Source of the DNA: Anaeramoeba ignava BMAN
Taxonomy: Eukaryota; Protista; Anaeramoebae
Reading direction: 5' to 3'
NCBI GenBank assembly: GCA_028826165.1
Contig: JAPDFW010000068.1
Span: forward strand, 1-64,000
DNA length: 64,000 nt
Part shown: positions 48,887 to 61,600 of the stretch, in pieces
Numbering within the stretch: the stretch's first letter is position 1
Layout: every line of letters begins with the position of its first letter
Made by a program: the position numbers and the translations under genes
The notes under the pieces: generated by a model
Told to the model about the DNA's origin: nothing
The model's database searches: none
Seen by the model: the letters and a program-made list of their open reading frames with translations, nothing else

Positions 48887-50869
48887 ATGACAGATATTCC
48901 AGAATATAAGCTTGTATTACTTGGAGAAACTGCTGTTGGAAAAAGTTCTTTAGTTCTCCGTTATTGTAAAGATCAATTTTTCGATTTTCAAGAACCAACT
49001 ATTGGAGGTAAATTTACTTATTAAAAAACAAAACAAAAACAACAAAATTAAACAATTTTTATTATTTTTTATTATTTACATTTTGTTTTATAATTTAATT
49101 TATAGCTGCTTTTTTAACCCAAATTATTAAATTTAGGGATTCTGAGGTATTTTAATTAAAATCCAAATTAAAATCCAAATTAAAATTCAATTCAAAATTC
49201 AATTCAAAATTAAATTCAAAATTCAAATTAAAATTCATTTCAAAATTCAAATTAAAATTCATTTCAAAATTCAATTTAAAATTCAATTTAAAATTCAAAT
49301 TAAAATCCAAATTAAAATTCAATTCAAAATTCAATTTAAAATTCAATTCAAAATTCAATTTAAAATTCAATTCAAAATTCAATTTAAAATTCAATTCAAA
49401 ATTAAATTCAAAATTTAAAGGTTAAACTTCAAATTTGGGATACTGCTGGTCAAGAGAGATATCATAGTTTAGCACCAATGTATTATAAAGGAGCATCTGC
49501 TGCAGTTGTTGTTTTTGATATTACACAATTTGTAGGAATTCATTTATTACAATTTATTTATTACAATTTATTTATTAAAATTTATTTATTACAATTTATT
49601 TATTTAAAATTTATTTATTAAAATTTATTTATTACAATTTATTTATTAAAATTTATTTATTAAAAAAATAGAAATCTTTTGAAAGATCTAAAGTTTGGAT
49701 TTCTGAATTAAAAAATAATGGACCTTCTAATATTGTAATTGCTTTGGTTGGAAATAAACAAGATTTGGAACATAAAAGAGTAGTTTCTGTTCAAACTGCT
49801 GAATCATTTGCAGAAGAAAATAATTTACTTTTTCTTGAAACTTCTGCAAAAACTGGATTTCAAGTTGAAGACCTTTTCTTAAATATAAGTAAAAATCAAA
49901 TCAAATCAAATCAAATCAAATCAAATCAAATCAAATCAAATTAAATCTTTAAATCAAATCAAATCTTTGAAAATCAAAAATGGAAATCAAATTGAAATTA
50001 AGTCAAATTAAATTAAATCAAATTAAATCAAATTAAATTAAATCAAATTAAATTAAATTAAATTAAATTAAATCAAATTAAATCAAATTAAATCAAATCA
50101 AATCAAATCAAATTAAATCAAATCAAATTAAATCAAAACAAATTAAATCAAATCAAATCAAATTAAATCAAATCAAATTAAATCAAAACAAATTAAATCA
50201 AATCAAATTAAATCAAATCAAATCAAATTAAATCAAATCAAATCAAATTAAATCAAATCAAATTAAATCAAATCAAATCAAATCAAATTAAATTAAATTA
50301 AATTAAATTAAATCAAATCAAATTAAAATCAAATTAAATCAAATCAAATTAAATCAAATCAAATCAAATCAAATTAAATTAAATTAAATTAAATTAAATC
50401 AAATCAAATTAAAATCAAATTAAATTAAATTAAATTAAATTAAATCAAATCAAATCAAATTCAAATCAAATCAAATTAAATTAAATTAAATTAAATCAAA
50501 TTAAATTAAATCAAATTAAATTAAATTAAATTAAATCAAATTAAATTAAATTAAATCAAATCAAATCAAATTAAATTAAATTAAATCAAATCAAATTAAA
50601 TTAAATTAAATCAAATTAAATTAAATCAAATTAAATTAAATTAAATTAAAACAAATTAAATCAAATCAAATCAAATCAAATCAAATCAAATTAAATTAAA
50701 TTAAATTAAATTAAATCAAATTAAATCAAATTAAATCAAATTAAATTTTTTAATTTATTTAAAACAAAAAACAAAAGCTCAAAAACTTCCTCAAAAAAGT
50801 AATTTAGGAAAAGGAAATTTGACATTTGAAGAATATGATAATCCAAAAGTTAAAAAAGGTTGTTGCTAA
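48887..50869 (+). CDS. RAB5: Rab5-family GTPase
   Basis: Exons 48887-49007, 49106-49146, 49421-49531, 49672-49888 and 50778-50869. [59 protein letters not shown] and terminal GCC. Confidence 0.95.
49890..50745 (+). repeat. Intronic pentamer satellite (AAATC/AAATT)n
   Basis: Direct inspection. Confidence 0.9.
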
Positions 50870-51295
50870 ATAAGTGGAATTTGATTTTTTTATTTTTAAA
50901 TAAAAACAAAAACAAAAACAATTTTTTCTTCTTTTTTTTTTTTTCTCCTTTTTTCTTTTTTTATTTTTTATTTAAAAAAAAATTTTTTTTTACTTTTTTT
51001 AAAATTTAAATTTTTCTTTTCCTTTTTCCTAAAATTAAACTATGCAAGAAATTATAAAGAAATTTAATAATAATTTAATAATAATTTAATAATAATTTAA
51101 TAATAATTTAATAATAATTTAATGATAATTTAATGATAATTTAAATGTTCTTATTGATTTGTTGTTTTTTTGTTTGTTTTTTTTTTTAAATAAAAATTTT
51201 TTTTTGTTCATTTTTTTTTTTATTAAATTTAATTGAATTAAATTTATTTTATTTAGGAAAAAGAAAGATCAAAAACACACACATAAATAAAGAAA

Positions 51296-53214
51296 ATGAG
51301 TCTTTTAGATTCTATTTTTAATTTAATTGATGCCAATAACAAAAAATTTCAAGCAAAAAAACCAACAAATTTGCAAGTAAGACAAAATGAAGAGAGACTA
51401 AAATGTAATTTATAAAAATAGCTACAAAACCCAAATTAAAACATAAAATTAAATATAAATATAAATATAAATACAAACTTAAATACAAATTTAAATACAC
51501 AATTTAATTATAAATATAAATATAAATTTAAATACACAATTTAAATATAAATTTAAATACAAATTTAAATACAAATTTAAATACAAATTTAAATACAAAT
51601 TTAAATACACATTTACAGATCAAACTTCAATACAAATTTAAATATAAATTTAAATACAAAATTAAATACAAATTTAAATTACAAATTTAAATACAAATTT
51701 AATTATAAATTTAATATAAATTTAAATACAAATTTAAATATAAATTTAAAATACAAATTTAAATAAAATTTAAATATAAATTTAAATACACATTTAAATA
51801 TAAATTTAAATACACATTTAAATATAAATTTAAATACAATTTAAATATAAATTTAAATATAATTTAAATATAAATTTAAATATAAATTTAAATACAAATT
51901 TAAATATAAATTTAAATTTAAATTTAAATATAAATTTCTAAATATAAATTTAAATACAAATTTAAATACACATTTAAATATAAATTTAAATACAAATTTA
52001 AATATAAATTTAAATACACATTTAAATATAAATTTAAATACAAATTTAAATACAAATTTAAATACAAAAATTAAATACAAATTTAAATACACATTTACAG
52101 ATCAAATTTAAATACAAATTTAAATATAAATTTAAATACAAAATTAAATACAAATTTAAATATAAATTTAAATACAAATTTAAATACAAATTTAAATACA
52201 AATTTAAATACAAATTTAAATTACAAATTTAAATACAAATTTAAATACAAATTTAAATACAAATTTAAATACAAAATTAAATACAAATTTAAATATAAAT
52301 TTAAATACAAATTTAAATATAAATTTAAATACAAATTTAAATATAAATTTAAATACAAATTTAAATACAAATTTAAATATAAATTTAAATATAAATTTAA
52401 ATACAAATTTAAATACAAATTTAAATACAAATTTAAATACAAATTTAATTTTAAATATAAAATAGTAATGGAACAAAATTTAAAACGAAAAGAAGAAGAA
52501 AAAAAACGAGAAATGGATAATTTTAGAAAACAAATGGAAAAAGAAATTTATGAATTTGTTCAAAGGATGAAAGAATATGAAGAAAAAGAAAATCAAAAAG
52601 AAGAAAAAGAAAAAGAAAATCAAGAAAATCAAGAAAAAGAAGAAAAAGAAGAAAAAGAAAAAGAAAAAGAAGAAAAAGAAAAAGAAGAAAATGAAAATCA
52701 AAAAGAAAAAGAAGAAAAAGAAGAAAAAGAAGAAAAAGAAAATCAAATCAACCAAATTAATATTCAAAAACAAATTTTTGAATATGAATTTCCACCAATG
52801 GAAGATTTAAAAAGATTAATAATTCGACAAATTGCAGATTCTTTTGGATTAGAATCAAAAACTTTTGGAAATGAAGTTTTTGAAAGATTCATTGTGATTT
52901 TTAAACCAGGAATTGAACCAACTGCTTTTGAAAGATTTCCTTATGAAAAAGAAAAAATGTTATTAAAACAAATAAGAAGACAAAAACAAACAAATTATCC
53001 AATTTCACATTTAAAAATGAGAAAACATAAACAAATTGAAACTCAACAATCAATTCCAATTGATAATTCTGAATTGATCACTTTGAATAAAACTAAAAGA
53101 GATCTTAGAACTGTTGAACAAATTTTACGTGAAAAAAAAATGATTAAAATTAAAAAAAAAGCACAAAATCAAAATGAAAATCAAAAACAAAAACAAAATC
53201 AAAATCAAAATTAA
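51296..53214 (+). CDS. SPAG7: SPAG7-like R3H-domain protein
   Basis: Exons 51296-51404 (MSLLDSIF) and 52466-53214. FRKQMEKEIYEFVQ, FPPM..RLIIRQIADSFGLESKTFG..RFIVIFK and KRDLRTVEQ match the SPAG7 layout. Confidence 0.85.
51445..52450 (+). repeat. Intronic 12-mer satellite AAATTTAAATA(C/T)
   Basis: Direct inspection. Confidence 0.9.
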
Positions 53215-53780
53215 AATTAAAATCAAAATCAAAATGAAAATCAAAATGAAAATCAAAATCAAAATCAAAATGAAAATCAAAATTAAAAATCAAAACAAAA
53301 TCAAAATCAAAACAAAATCAAAATTAAATCAAAATTAAAATCAAAATGAAAATTAAAATTAAAAAAAAAGCACAAAATCAAAATCAAAAACAAAATGAAA
53401 ATCAAAATCAAAATTAAAATTAAAATTAAAATGAAAATCAAAATCAAAATCAAAAACAAAATCAAAATTAAAATTTAAATCTAAAGAATGTTTTCAAAAA
53501 GGAAAAAAAAAGCAAAAACAAATCAAAATTTTTTCTTTCTTTTTTTTTTTTAAATTTAAAAAATTTTTCTACTTTTTTTTTTTCTTCAAATTTTCTTTAA
53601 AAAAAGAAAGAAAAATTATCAATTTAAAAATTGGAATTTATTTGAAATTTCTTTTTTTTTAGATTATTTTCTTTATTTTCTTTATTTTCTTTATTTTATT
53701 AAAATTAAAAAAAAAACAAAATTTTTTTTTCATTTTTTTTTTTCATTTTTTAATTCATTTTTTAATTCATTTTTTAAATA

Positions 53781-56700
53781 ATGTCAGCAAAAATACAAAA
53801 TTTACGTTCAAAATTTGAACAAGATTCAGAAAAACCCAAAACAAATTTTTATTCTCCAACTCACAGAACAACAAAAAGAACAGCAAATTCAGGGATAAAC
53901 ACAAAAAATCAAAGCAATCAAAAAAGACAAGGAACAACAACAACAAGAACATTAAATAGATCCTTAACAGGAAACATGACGAAATATAAAACAACAGTAA
54001 CACATCGAATTTCCCCAACAAAAACAAGCACGAATCAAACAACAAATCAAACAACAAATCAAACAACAAATCAAACAACAAATCAAACAACAAATCAAAC
54101 AATAAAGCAAAAATCACCAACGTTTAAAACTCAAACAAATACTTCAAGAACATATAGAAAAAACCCACCTAATCCATCATTATCATATTCAAAAATTAAT
54201 TCAAATATTAAAAAACCAACTAAAAGTCCCCCAAAATTAACAAGTCCACAAAAATCAATGGGAAATTTAAATAAAAGATCAACAGTCACAAAACCAAGAC
54301 CAACAACAAAAGCACCAACAAGATCCACAACAACATCAAGAATATCACCTATAAAAACAACTTCAACATCAAGAACATCACCAACAAAAACAACTTCAAC
54401 TACAAGAACATCACCAACAAAAACAACTTCAACATCAAGAACTTTTTCAAATTCAAAAACAAAAACAAATTCAAATTCGAATTCAAATTCAAATTCAAAT
54501 TCAAATATAAAAACATTTTCTACTTCTAAAAATTCTCCAACAAGAACTCAACATACTCATCATAAATATTCCCCAAAAACCAATAATTCTCATCAATTTA
54601 TCCAACCCCAAAAATATAACGATCAAGATAAAAAAGATAATAAAGATAAAAAAGATAATAAAGATAAAAAGGATAATTCTCCTAAAAAAATCAATACTTC
54701 TCAATCCCTCAGAAATTTTATGCCAAAAGATAATTTTTCTCAAAGCAAAACAGAGTCTAAAACATCTGTAACAATTTCAAAACCTTTTCAAGCTCATTCT
54801 CCTGAAAAAATAAACACTCAAAAACACAAAATCGAAAAACAAAATCTACATGTTATAAAAAAAGAGAATTCCAATTTGGAATTAAATAAATCAAATATCG
54901 ATAAACAAAATCCTTCGAAAAATAATCAAATTGACAAAAATACTTTTTCTTCAAATGTCTCCAAGAGTAATACTTCATATAATTTGGGAATTCATCAACA
55001 AGAATCAAAAAATACTGAGAATGCAAATCAAAATGATAAAAAATTTTCGAAAAAGTCAGATTATTATAATAATACAGAAAATCAAAAAAACACAAATCTT
55101 CAAAATACATCAACAACAAAACCAACAATAAACAGTTTTAATAATCAAAATCAACCAGATACTAAATTTCCAGTTTGGTCACCTCAAAACCCAAATATAC
55201 AAAATCAACAAAAAGAAGAGAATAATCCCAAATTCAATCAAAATAACTCCTTTAATTTCCATAGTCCAAATAAGCAAATTATTAATGAAGTTCCAAAGCC
55301 TAAAGAACCCGAATTCAGCAAACCAAAAATATCCTCATTCTCAAATTATACAACAAATGAAACAAAATTTGATGCACAAGAGCCATTAGAAGATGATTTT
55401 GATTTGGATCATGAAGGAGATTTAAAATCAATTGCAATTTGTGATTATAAAGGACAAAAAGAGGGAGAAATATCTTTTAAGAAAGGAGATGTTATATATA
55501 TTACTGGACAATGTGAATCTGGTTGGTGGCAAGGCGAAACAAGAGATGAAATTGGTGTATTTAATTGCAAATATGTTGCGATTGATTCTAATAAAACAAC
55601 ATCCAATTTATCTAAATTCCAAGATATTTCTGGGATTGAATTTTCTTCAAATGCAAATCAAAATGCAAATCAAAATACAAATCAAAATACAAATCAAAAT
55701 CCAATTCAAAATCCAATTCAAAATCAAATTCAAAATCCAATTCAAAATCCAATTCAAAATCCAATTCAAAATCCAATTCAAAATTTAAATTTTTTACAAA
55801 ATCAACCAGTAATCAAACAAGGAGAATCTTTAGTTAAAAATACTGATGGTTCATTTTTTGCTCCACTTGATTCAAAACAAATTGATGATAAAAAAAAGCC
55901 AGATAAAAGAATTGTTGTTGAAATTGACGAAGATTATCTTGATGATTTTGATGATCATGAAGGAGACACTAGAGTTCGAGCATTGAAGGATTATCAAGCA
56001 AAAAAAGAAAACGAAATTTCATTTAAAAAAAATGATATTATTTATTTATTCGCAGACTTTGGAAACGGATGGGGACAAGGAGAAACACATGGAATAACAG
56101 GAATGTTCCCGCTTAGTTATGTTGAATATGCAAACAAATCACAACATTCAACTCCACTTTCTACAGAACCACCTATTCTTGACTCTGGATTTGGACAAGG
56201 ATTTGGAGGAGCGAAAAATCAACCAGAAAAACCTCATTCACTTGCTCATGAATTCTATCAAGAAAAAAAGAGAGTCGAAGTTCCTTCTTATAATGATCTC
56301 AATACTTTGGATGATTTCGATCTTGATCATGAAGGAGATCCAAAAGTTCGTGCTATTTGTGACTATCAAGCCAAAAGGGATGTTGAAATATCTTTTAAAA
56401 AGGGTGATGTTATTTATGTTACTGGACAAAGTGAATCTGTTTGGTGGCAAGGTGAAACAAGAGATGGTGATATTGGCATTTTTAATGCTGAAAATTGTGA
56501 AATTTATGATCAAGAGTCTCTTGATAATTTGAATAAGTTTAAAGAAATTTCTGGATTTCAAATTATGTTATCATCAAATCCAAAGTCTTCTAATACTCAA
56601 TCAAGTTTTTCAAAAGGAGATGATAAGGATGTGTTATTTGAAGCTGTGTATTTAATTAGAATATTTTTATTTATATTGAATATTTAATTTGAATATTTAA

Positions 56701-57916
56701 TATTGAATATTGAATATTTATTTTGAATATTGAATATTGAATATTTATATTGAATATTTATTTTGAATATTTATATTGAATATTTTATTTTTTAATTTGA
56801 ATATTTATATTTAATATTGAATATTTAATTTTTTAATATTAAATATTTATTTATGTTATTTATTTTGAATATTTATTTTGAATATTTATTTTGGATATTT
56901 ATATTGAATATTTATTTTGAATATTTATTTTGAATATTGAATATAAATTTTTGAATATTTTATTTTGAATATTGAATATTTATTTTGAATATTGAATATT
57001 GAATATTTATATTGAATATTTTATTTTGAATATTTAATTTTTAATATTTAATATTGAATATTTAATATTTATTTTGAATATTGAATATTTATATTGAATA
57101 TTGTTTGAATATTGAATATTGAATATTTATATTTATTTATTTTGAATATTTATTTATTTTGAATATTGAATATTTATTTTGAATATTAAATATTTATATT
57201 GAATATTTATTTTAAATATTTATTTTAAATATTGAATATTTATTTTGAATATTTATTTTTAATATTTATTTTAAATATTTATTTTGAATATTTATTTTGA
57301 ATATTGAATATTTAATTTTTTAATATTAAATATTTATATTGAATATTTAATATTAAATATTTATTTTGAATATTTAAATTGAATATTGAATATTTATTTT
57401 GAATATTTATTTATTTTGAATATTTATTTATTTTGAATATTTATAGTGCTTTATATGGTTTTGATGCTGAATCTGAAAAAGATCTTAGTTTTAAAGAAAG
57501 AGAAAAAATAAAAGTAATTAAAACAGATCAATCAGGTTGGTGGTTTGGAAGAAATGAAAGAAATCAAACAGGAACATTTCCGTAAAAATATATAAAAATT
57601 AAATTAATTTTTATTTTTATTAAATTAATGTTGTTATTATTATTATTATTATTTTAGAGCTAATTATTTAGAAAATTATTATCAATATGATTCACAAGTT
57701 TCTAAAAATGAATTTTTAAAAGAGTTTACAAAAATTAGAAAATGTATTGCGACTGCTAATTATTCTCCAGAAATTGGTTTTGATTCAGCAATGCAAATTA
57801 TAATAGATGATGTTTTTGAAATAATTGAAGAAAAAAATGAATGGATTTTTGCAAGAAATTTAAAAACAAATCAACAAGCATTTATTCCAAGAGATTATGT
57901 TGAAGAATTTAAATAA
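53781..57916 (+). CDS. Five-SH3-domain adaptor with a long S/T/K-rich disordered N-terminus
   Basis: Exons 53781-56647, 57447-57581 and 57658-57916. SH3 motifs AICDY..EISFKKGD..GWWQG, ALKDY..FPLSYV, ALYGF..GWWFG..FPANYL and ATANY..FIPRDYV. Confidence 0.9.
56650..57440 (+). repeat. Intronic satellite built on TTGAATATTTA
   Basis: Direct inspection. Confidence 0.9.
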
Positions 57917-58400
57917 TTCTAATTCCAATTTTAATTTCAATTTCAAATTTAAATTTAAATTTAATTCTAATTTTAATTCTAATTTTAATTCTAAATTTAA
58001 TTTCAATTTTAATTCTAAATTTAATTTCAAATTTAATTTTAATTTCAATTTTAATTTCAAATTTAATTCCAATTCTAATTCCAATTTTAATTCCAATTCT
58101 AATTTTAATTTCAAATTTAATTTCAAATTTTATTTTAATTTTAATTTTAATTTCAAATTTAATTCTAATTTTAATTCTAATTTTAATTTCAATTTTAAAT
58201 CTAATTCCAATTTTAATTTTAATTTCAAAATTTTATGAACAGATTTCATTCTTGAAAATTTTTCTTTCATTTCCTTTTTGATTTTAATTATTTTTTCTTT
58301 CATTTTCTTTTTGATTTTTCTTGTTAATTTTTTTTTAAATAAATATTTTTTTTTCATTTTCATTTTCATTTTTTTCATTTTTTTTCAAATTAAAATTGAA

Positions 58401-61400
58401 ATGAGCAATCCTTTAAATCAATTATCAAACTCACCTTCTCAAATTTCAACTGAAAATTCAATAGAAATAAACAACCCAGAAAATGAAAATATTGAAAAAA
58501 TAAATTCTAATTCAAATACAAATTTAGAAATAATTAACGAAAAAATTCGTTTTAAAAAAACAACAAATTGGAAAGAAATACAAACAACTGGAGAAATACC
58601 GCTTGTTACAAACTATCACACAAGCGCAGTAATTAATAATTATATGTGGGTTTTTGGAGGTTTTCAAAGAGGTCATGGAACTCGTGATTTATCTTGTTTG
58701 AATTTAAATACTTTTGAATGGAGAGAAATCAAATATAATACATTTCTTGAAAAAACTAGAAGAAATGCTAATATTGGTTGGCCAAGTGCAAGATATCATC
58801 ATGCTTGTACTGTTGCTAATAATAATTTGTTTATTTTTGGTGGATTGGATGGGAAAAAATATTATAATGATCTTTGGAAATTTGATCCTGGTAGAAAATC
58901 ATATTAAATAATATTTAATAATCATATTTAAATAATAATATTTAATAATAATATTTAATAATAATATTTAATAATAATATTAAATAATAATATTTAAATA
59001 ATAATATTAAATAATAATTAATAATAATATTTAATAATAATATTAAATAATAATATTAAATCATATTTAATAATATTAATAATAATATTTAATAATATTT
59101 AATAATAATATTTAATAATAATATTAAATAATAATATTTAATAATAATATTTAATAATAATATTTAATAATATTTAATAATAATAATATTTAAATAATAA
59201 TATTTAATAATAATATTTAATAATAATATTATTTAATAATATTTAATAATATTTAATAATAATATTTAAATAATAATATTAAATAATAATATTTAATAAT
59301 AATAAATAATAATATTTAATAATAATATTAAATAATAATATTTAAATATTATTTAATAATAATATTTAATAATAATATTATTTAATAATATTTAATAATA
59401 TTTAATAATAATATTTAATTATAATATTTAATAATAATATTTAATAATAATATTTAATAATATTTAATAATAATATTTAATAATATTTAAATAATAATAT
59501 TTAATAATATTTAATAATAATATTTAATAATAATATTTAAATAATAATAAAGAAACTGAAGGATTCGAAAAATTATCAGATAATATTGGTCCTTGTGGTC
59601 GTGATTGTCATTCTTTAGTAAATTATAAAAATAAATTATACGTTTTTGGTGGTGTACAAGATAAAAACAAATTACTTAATGATCTATGGGAATACAATTT
59701 GGGTATTTTATTAATATCAATATTTTTTTGAAAAAGAAAAAAAATATTGAATAAATAATTTATTATCTTTATTATAAGAAACAAATGAATGGGTTGAATT
59801 GAACCCACTTGGTGAAAAACCTTGTCCAAGACATTTCCATACAGGTGTTGTTATTGGATCTTTTATGTATGTATTTGGAGGATCTAATGGTCAAGTTAGA
59901 TTAAATGACCACTTTATTTATGAATTTGAAACAAATACTTGGATAAGTATCGCAAATTCCAAAGGAAAAATCCCACAAACAAGAAGAAATCATACAGCAG
60001 TTGTTAAAGATGAAAAAATTTATATTTGTGCTGGTTATGGAAAAGCCCCTCTAAATGATTTATATGTTTATAACACTGGTAATTGAGATCTGAGGTTTTT
60101 TTATTCATTGAATTAATATTATGTTTTTATTATTATTAATGGATTAGATACAAATTATTGGAGTTTGATTAAAGATGAACCTACTTTTTCACCAAGACAT
60201 TATCATACTTCAGTCATTTGGGAAAATAAAATGATATTGTTTGGAGGATGGAATGGAAGACAATTGCAAGATTTACATGTTTATTCAATCCAAGAAAAAC
60301 CACTAATTATTGAAAAAAATGTTATTAAAAATGATATGAAAACTCTTTTTGAAAAACAAGAAGATTGTGATATTAATATCACAGCCAAAGATGGATTTAT
60401 TGGAGCCCATTTATGTATTATTCAAGCCAGATTGAATAATTGGAATGAAATCAAAAATAGAGGAGATGAAGAAATTGCAATTACTTTTGAAAATTATTTT
60501 GCAAATCAACCTTTATCAACAATCAAAATTTTGATGATTTTTATTTATACTGATGAAATTGAATTGGAAAAATTAACCCAAAACCAAATAATTGATTTGA
60601 TTGTAATTTCATCAAATATCGGGCTTTCAAGACTCAAAGCCATTTGTGAAAATCATATTATTTCATCAATTAGTAAGGAGAATGTGATTGATATTTTGCT
60701 TTTTGCAGAAAAAATCAAGTCAAAAACACTTCATTCAGTTTGTTTATCATTTGTGAGTAAAAACAAAGAAGTGATTTCAGAACATGGAACTTCATTAACA
60801 AAATTATCACAAGAAACATTGATTGAACTATTTAAAACAACAACATCAAATTCTCCTATTGAAATTCCAGAAATTGAAGTTCCCAAATCAACCTTTTTCC
60901 AAAATTTAAGTGCTTTGCAAAGTGAAATTGATTCTCATAATGCAATAGAGGTTGCTATTTGTGCTCATAAAGCTATTTTGATGGCTCATAGCAAGAGTTT
61001 TGGTCAGGAAATATTCTCAGAACAAAATGGCCCTGAAATTTATGCTGATAAAACCCAAAGAAGTGTTTATGCTCTTCGTGCTTTGGTTAAGTTTTTGTAT
61101 TCAGGAAGAATTGATCATATTCAATCAAATCCAGAAATTGCTTTGGAATTATTAGGTGCAGTTTCTGATTATGAATTGAGTACTTATGAACTTGAAAATG
61201 TAGGAAAATTATTCGATTTTAATTTTAATTTTAATTTTAATTTTAATTTTAAATTTTAAATTTTAATTCAAATTTTCATTAGGTTTGCTCAAATATTGTC
61301 AAAAGAAGTGTTAATTTAAATAATACTCTTTTCATTTTGGAAAGATCTTATGAAACAAATTCAGTTGATTTGAAAAAGTAACAAAATATTTATTTTCAAT

Positions 61401-61572
61401 TTTAATTTCAATTTTATAAATGAATTTTAATTTTTAATTCTAATTTAGTTATTTGATTAGATTTCTTTTGAACCATAAACAACAAGTTTTTAATCTTCCT
61501 TCATTTTCAAGTGTTTCGAATGTTTCATTACTTCATGAAGTTATCAAAGAATTAATTTCAAGAATCAACTAA
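58401..61572 (+). CDS. Kelch-repeat - BTB-BTB protein (LZTR1-like architecture)
   Basis: Exons 58401-58890, 59553-59702, 59779-60078, 60148-61199, 61283-61377 and 61449-61572. Six Kelch repeats (PSARYHHA..FIFGG..NDLW) and two BTB blocks (AHLCIIQAR; AHKAILMAHS..KFLYSG). Confidence 0.9.
58900..59550 (+). repeat. Intronic satellite built on AATAATATTT
   Basis: Direct inspection. Confidence 0.9.
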
Positions 61573-61600
61573 AAATGATTGAAAAAAGAAGAGAAAAAAA

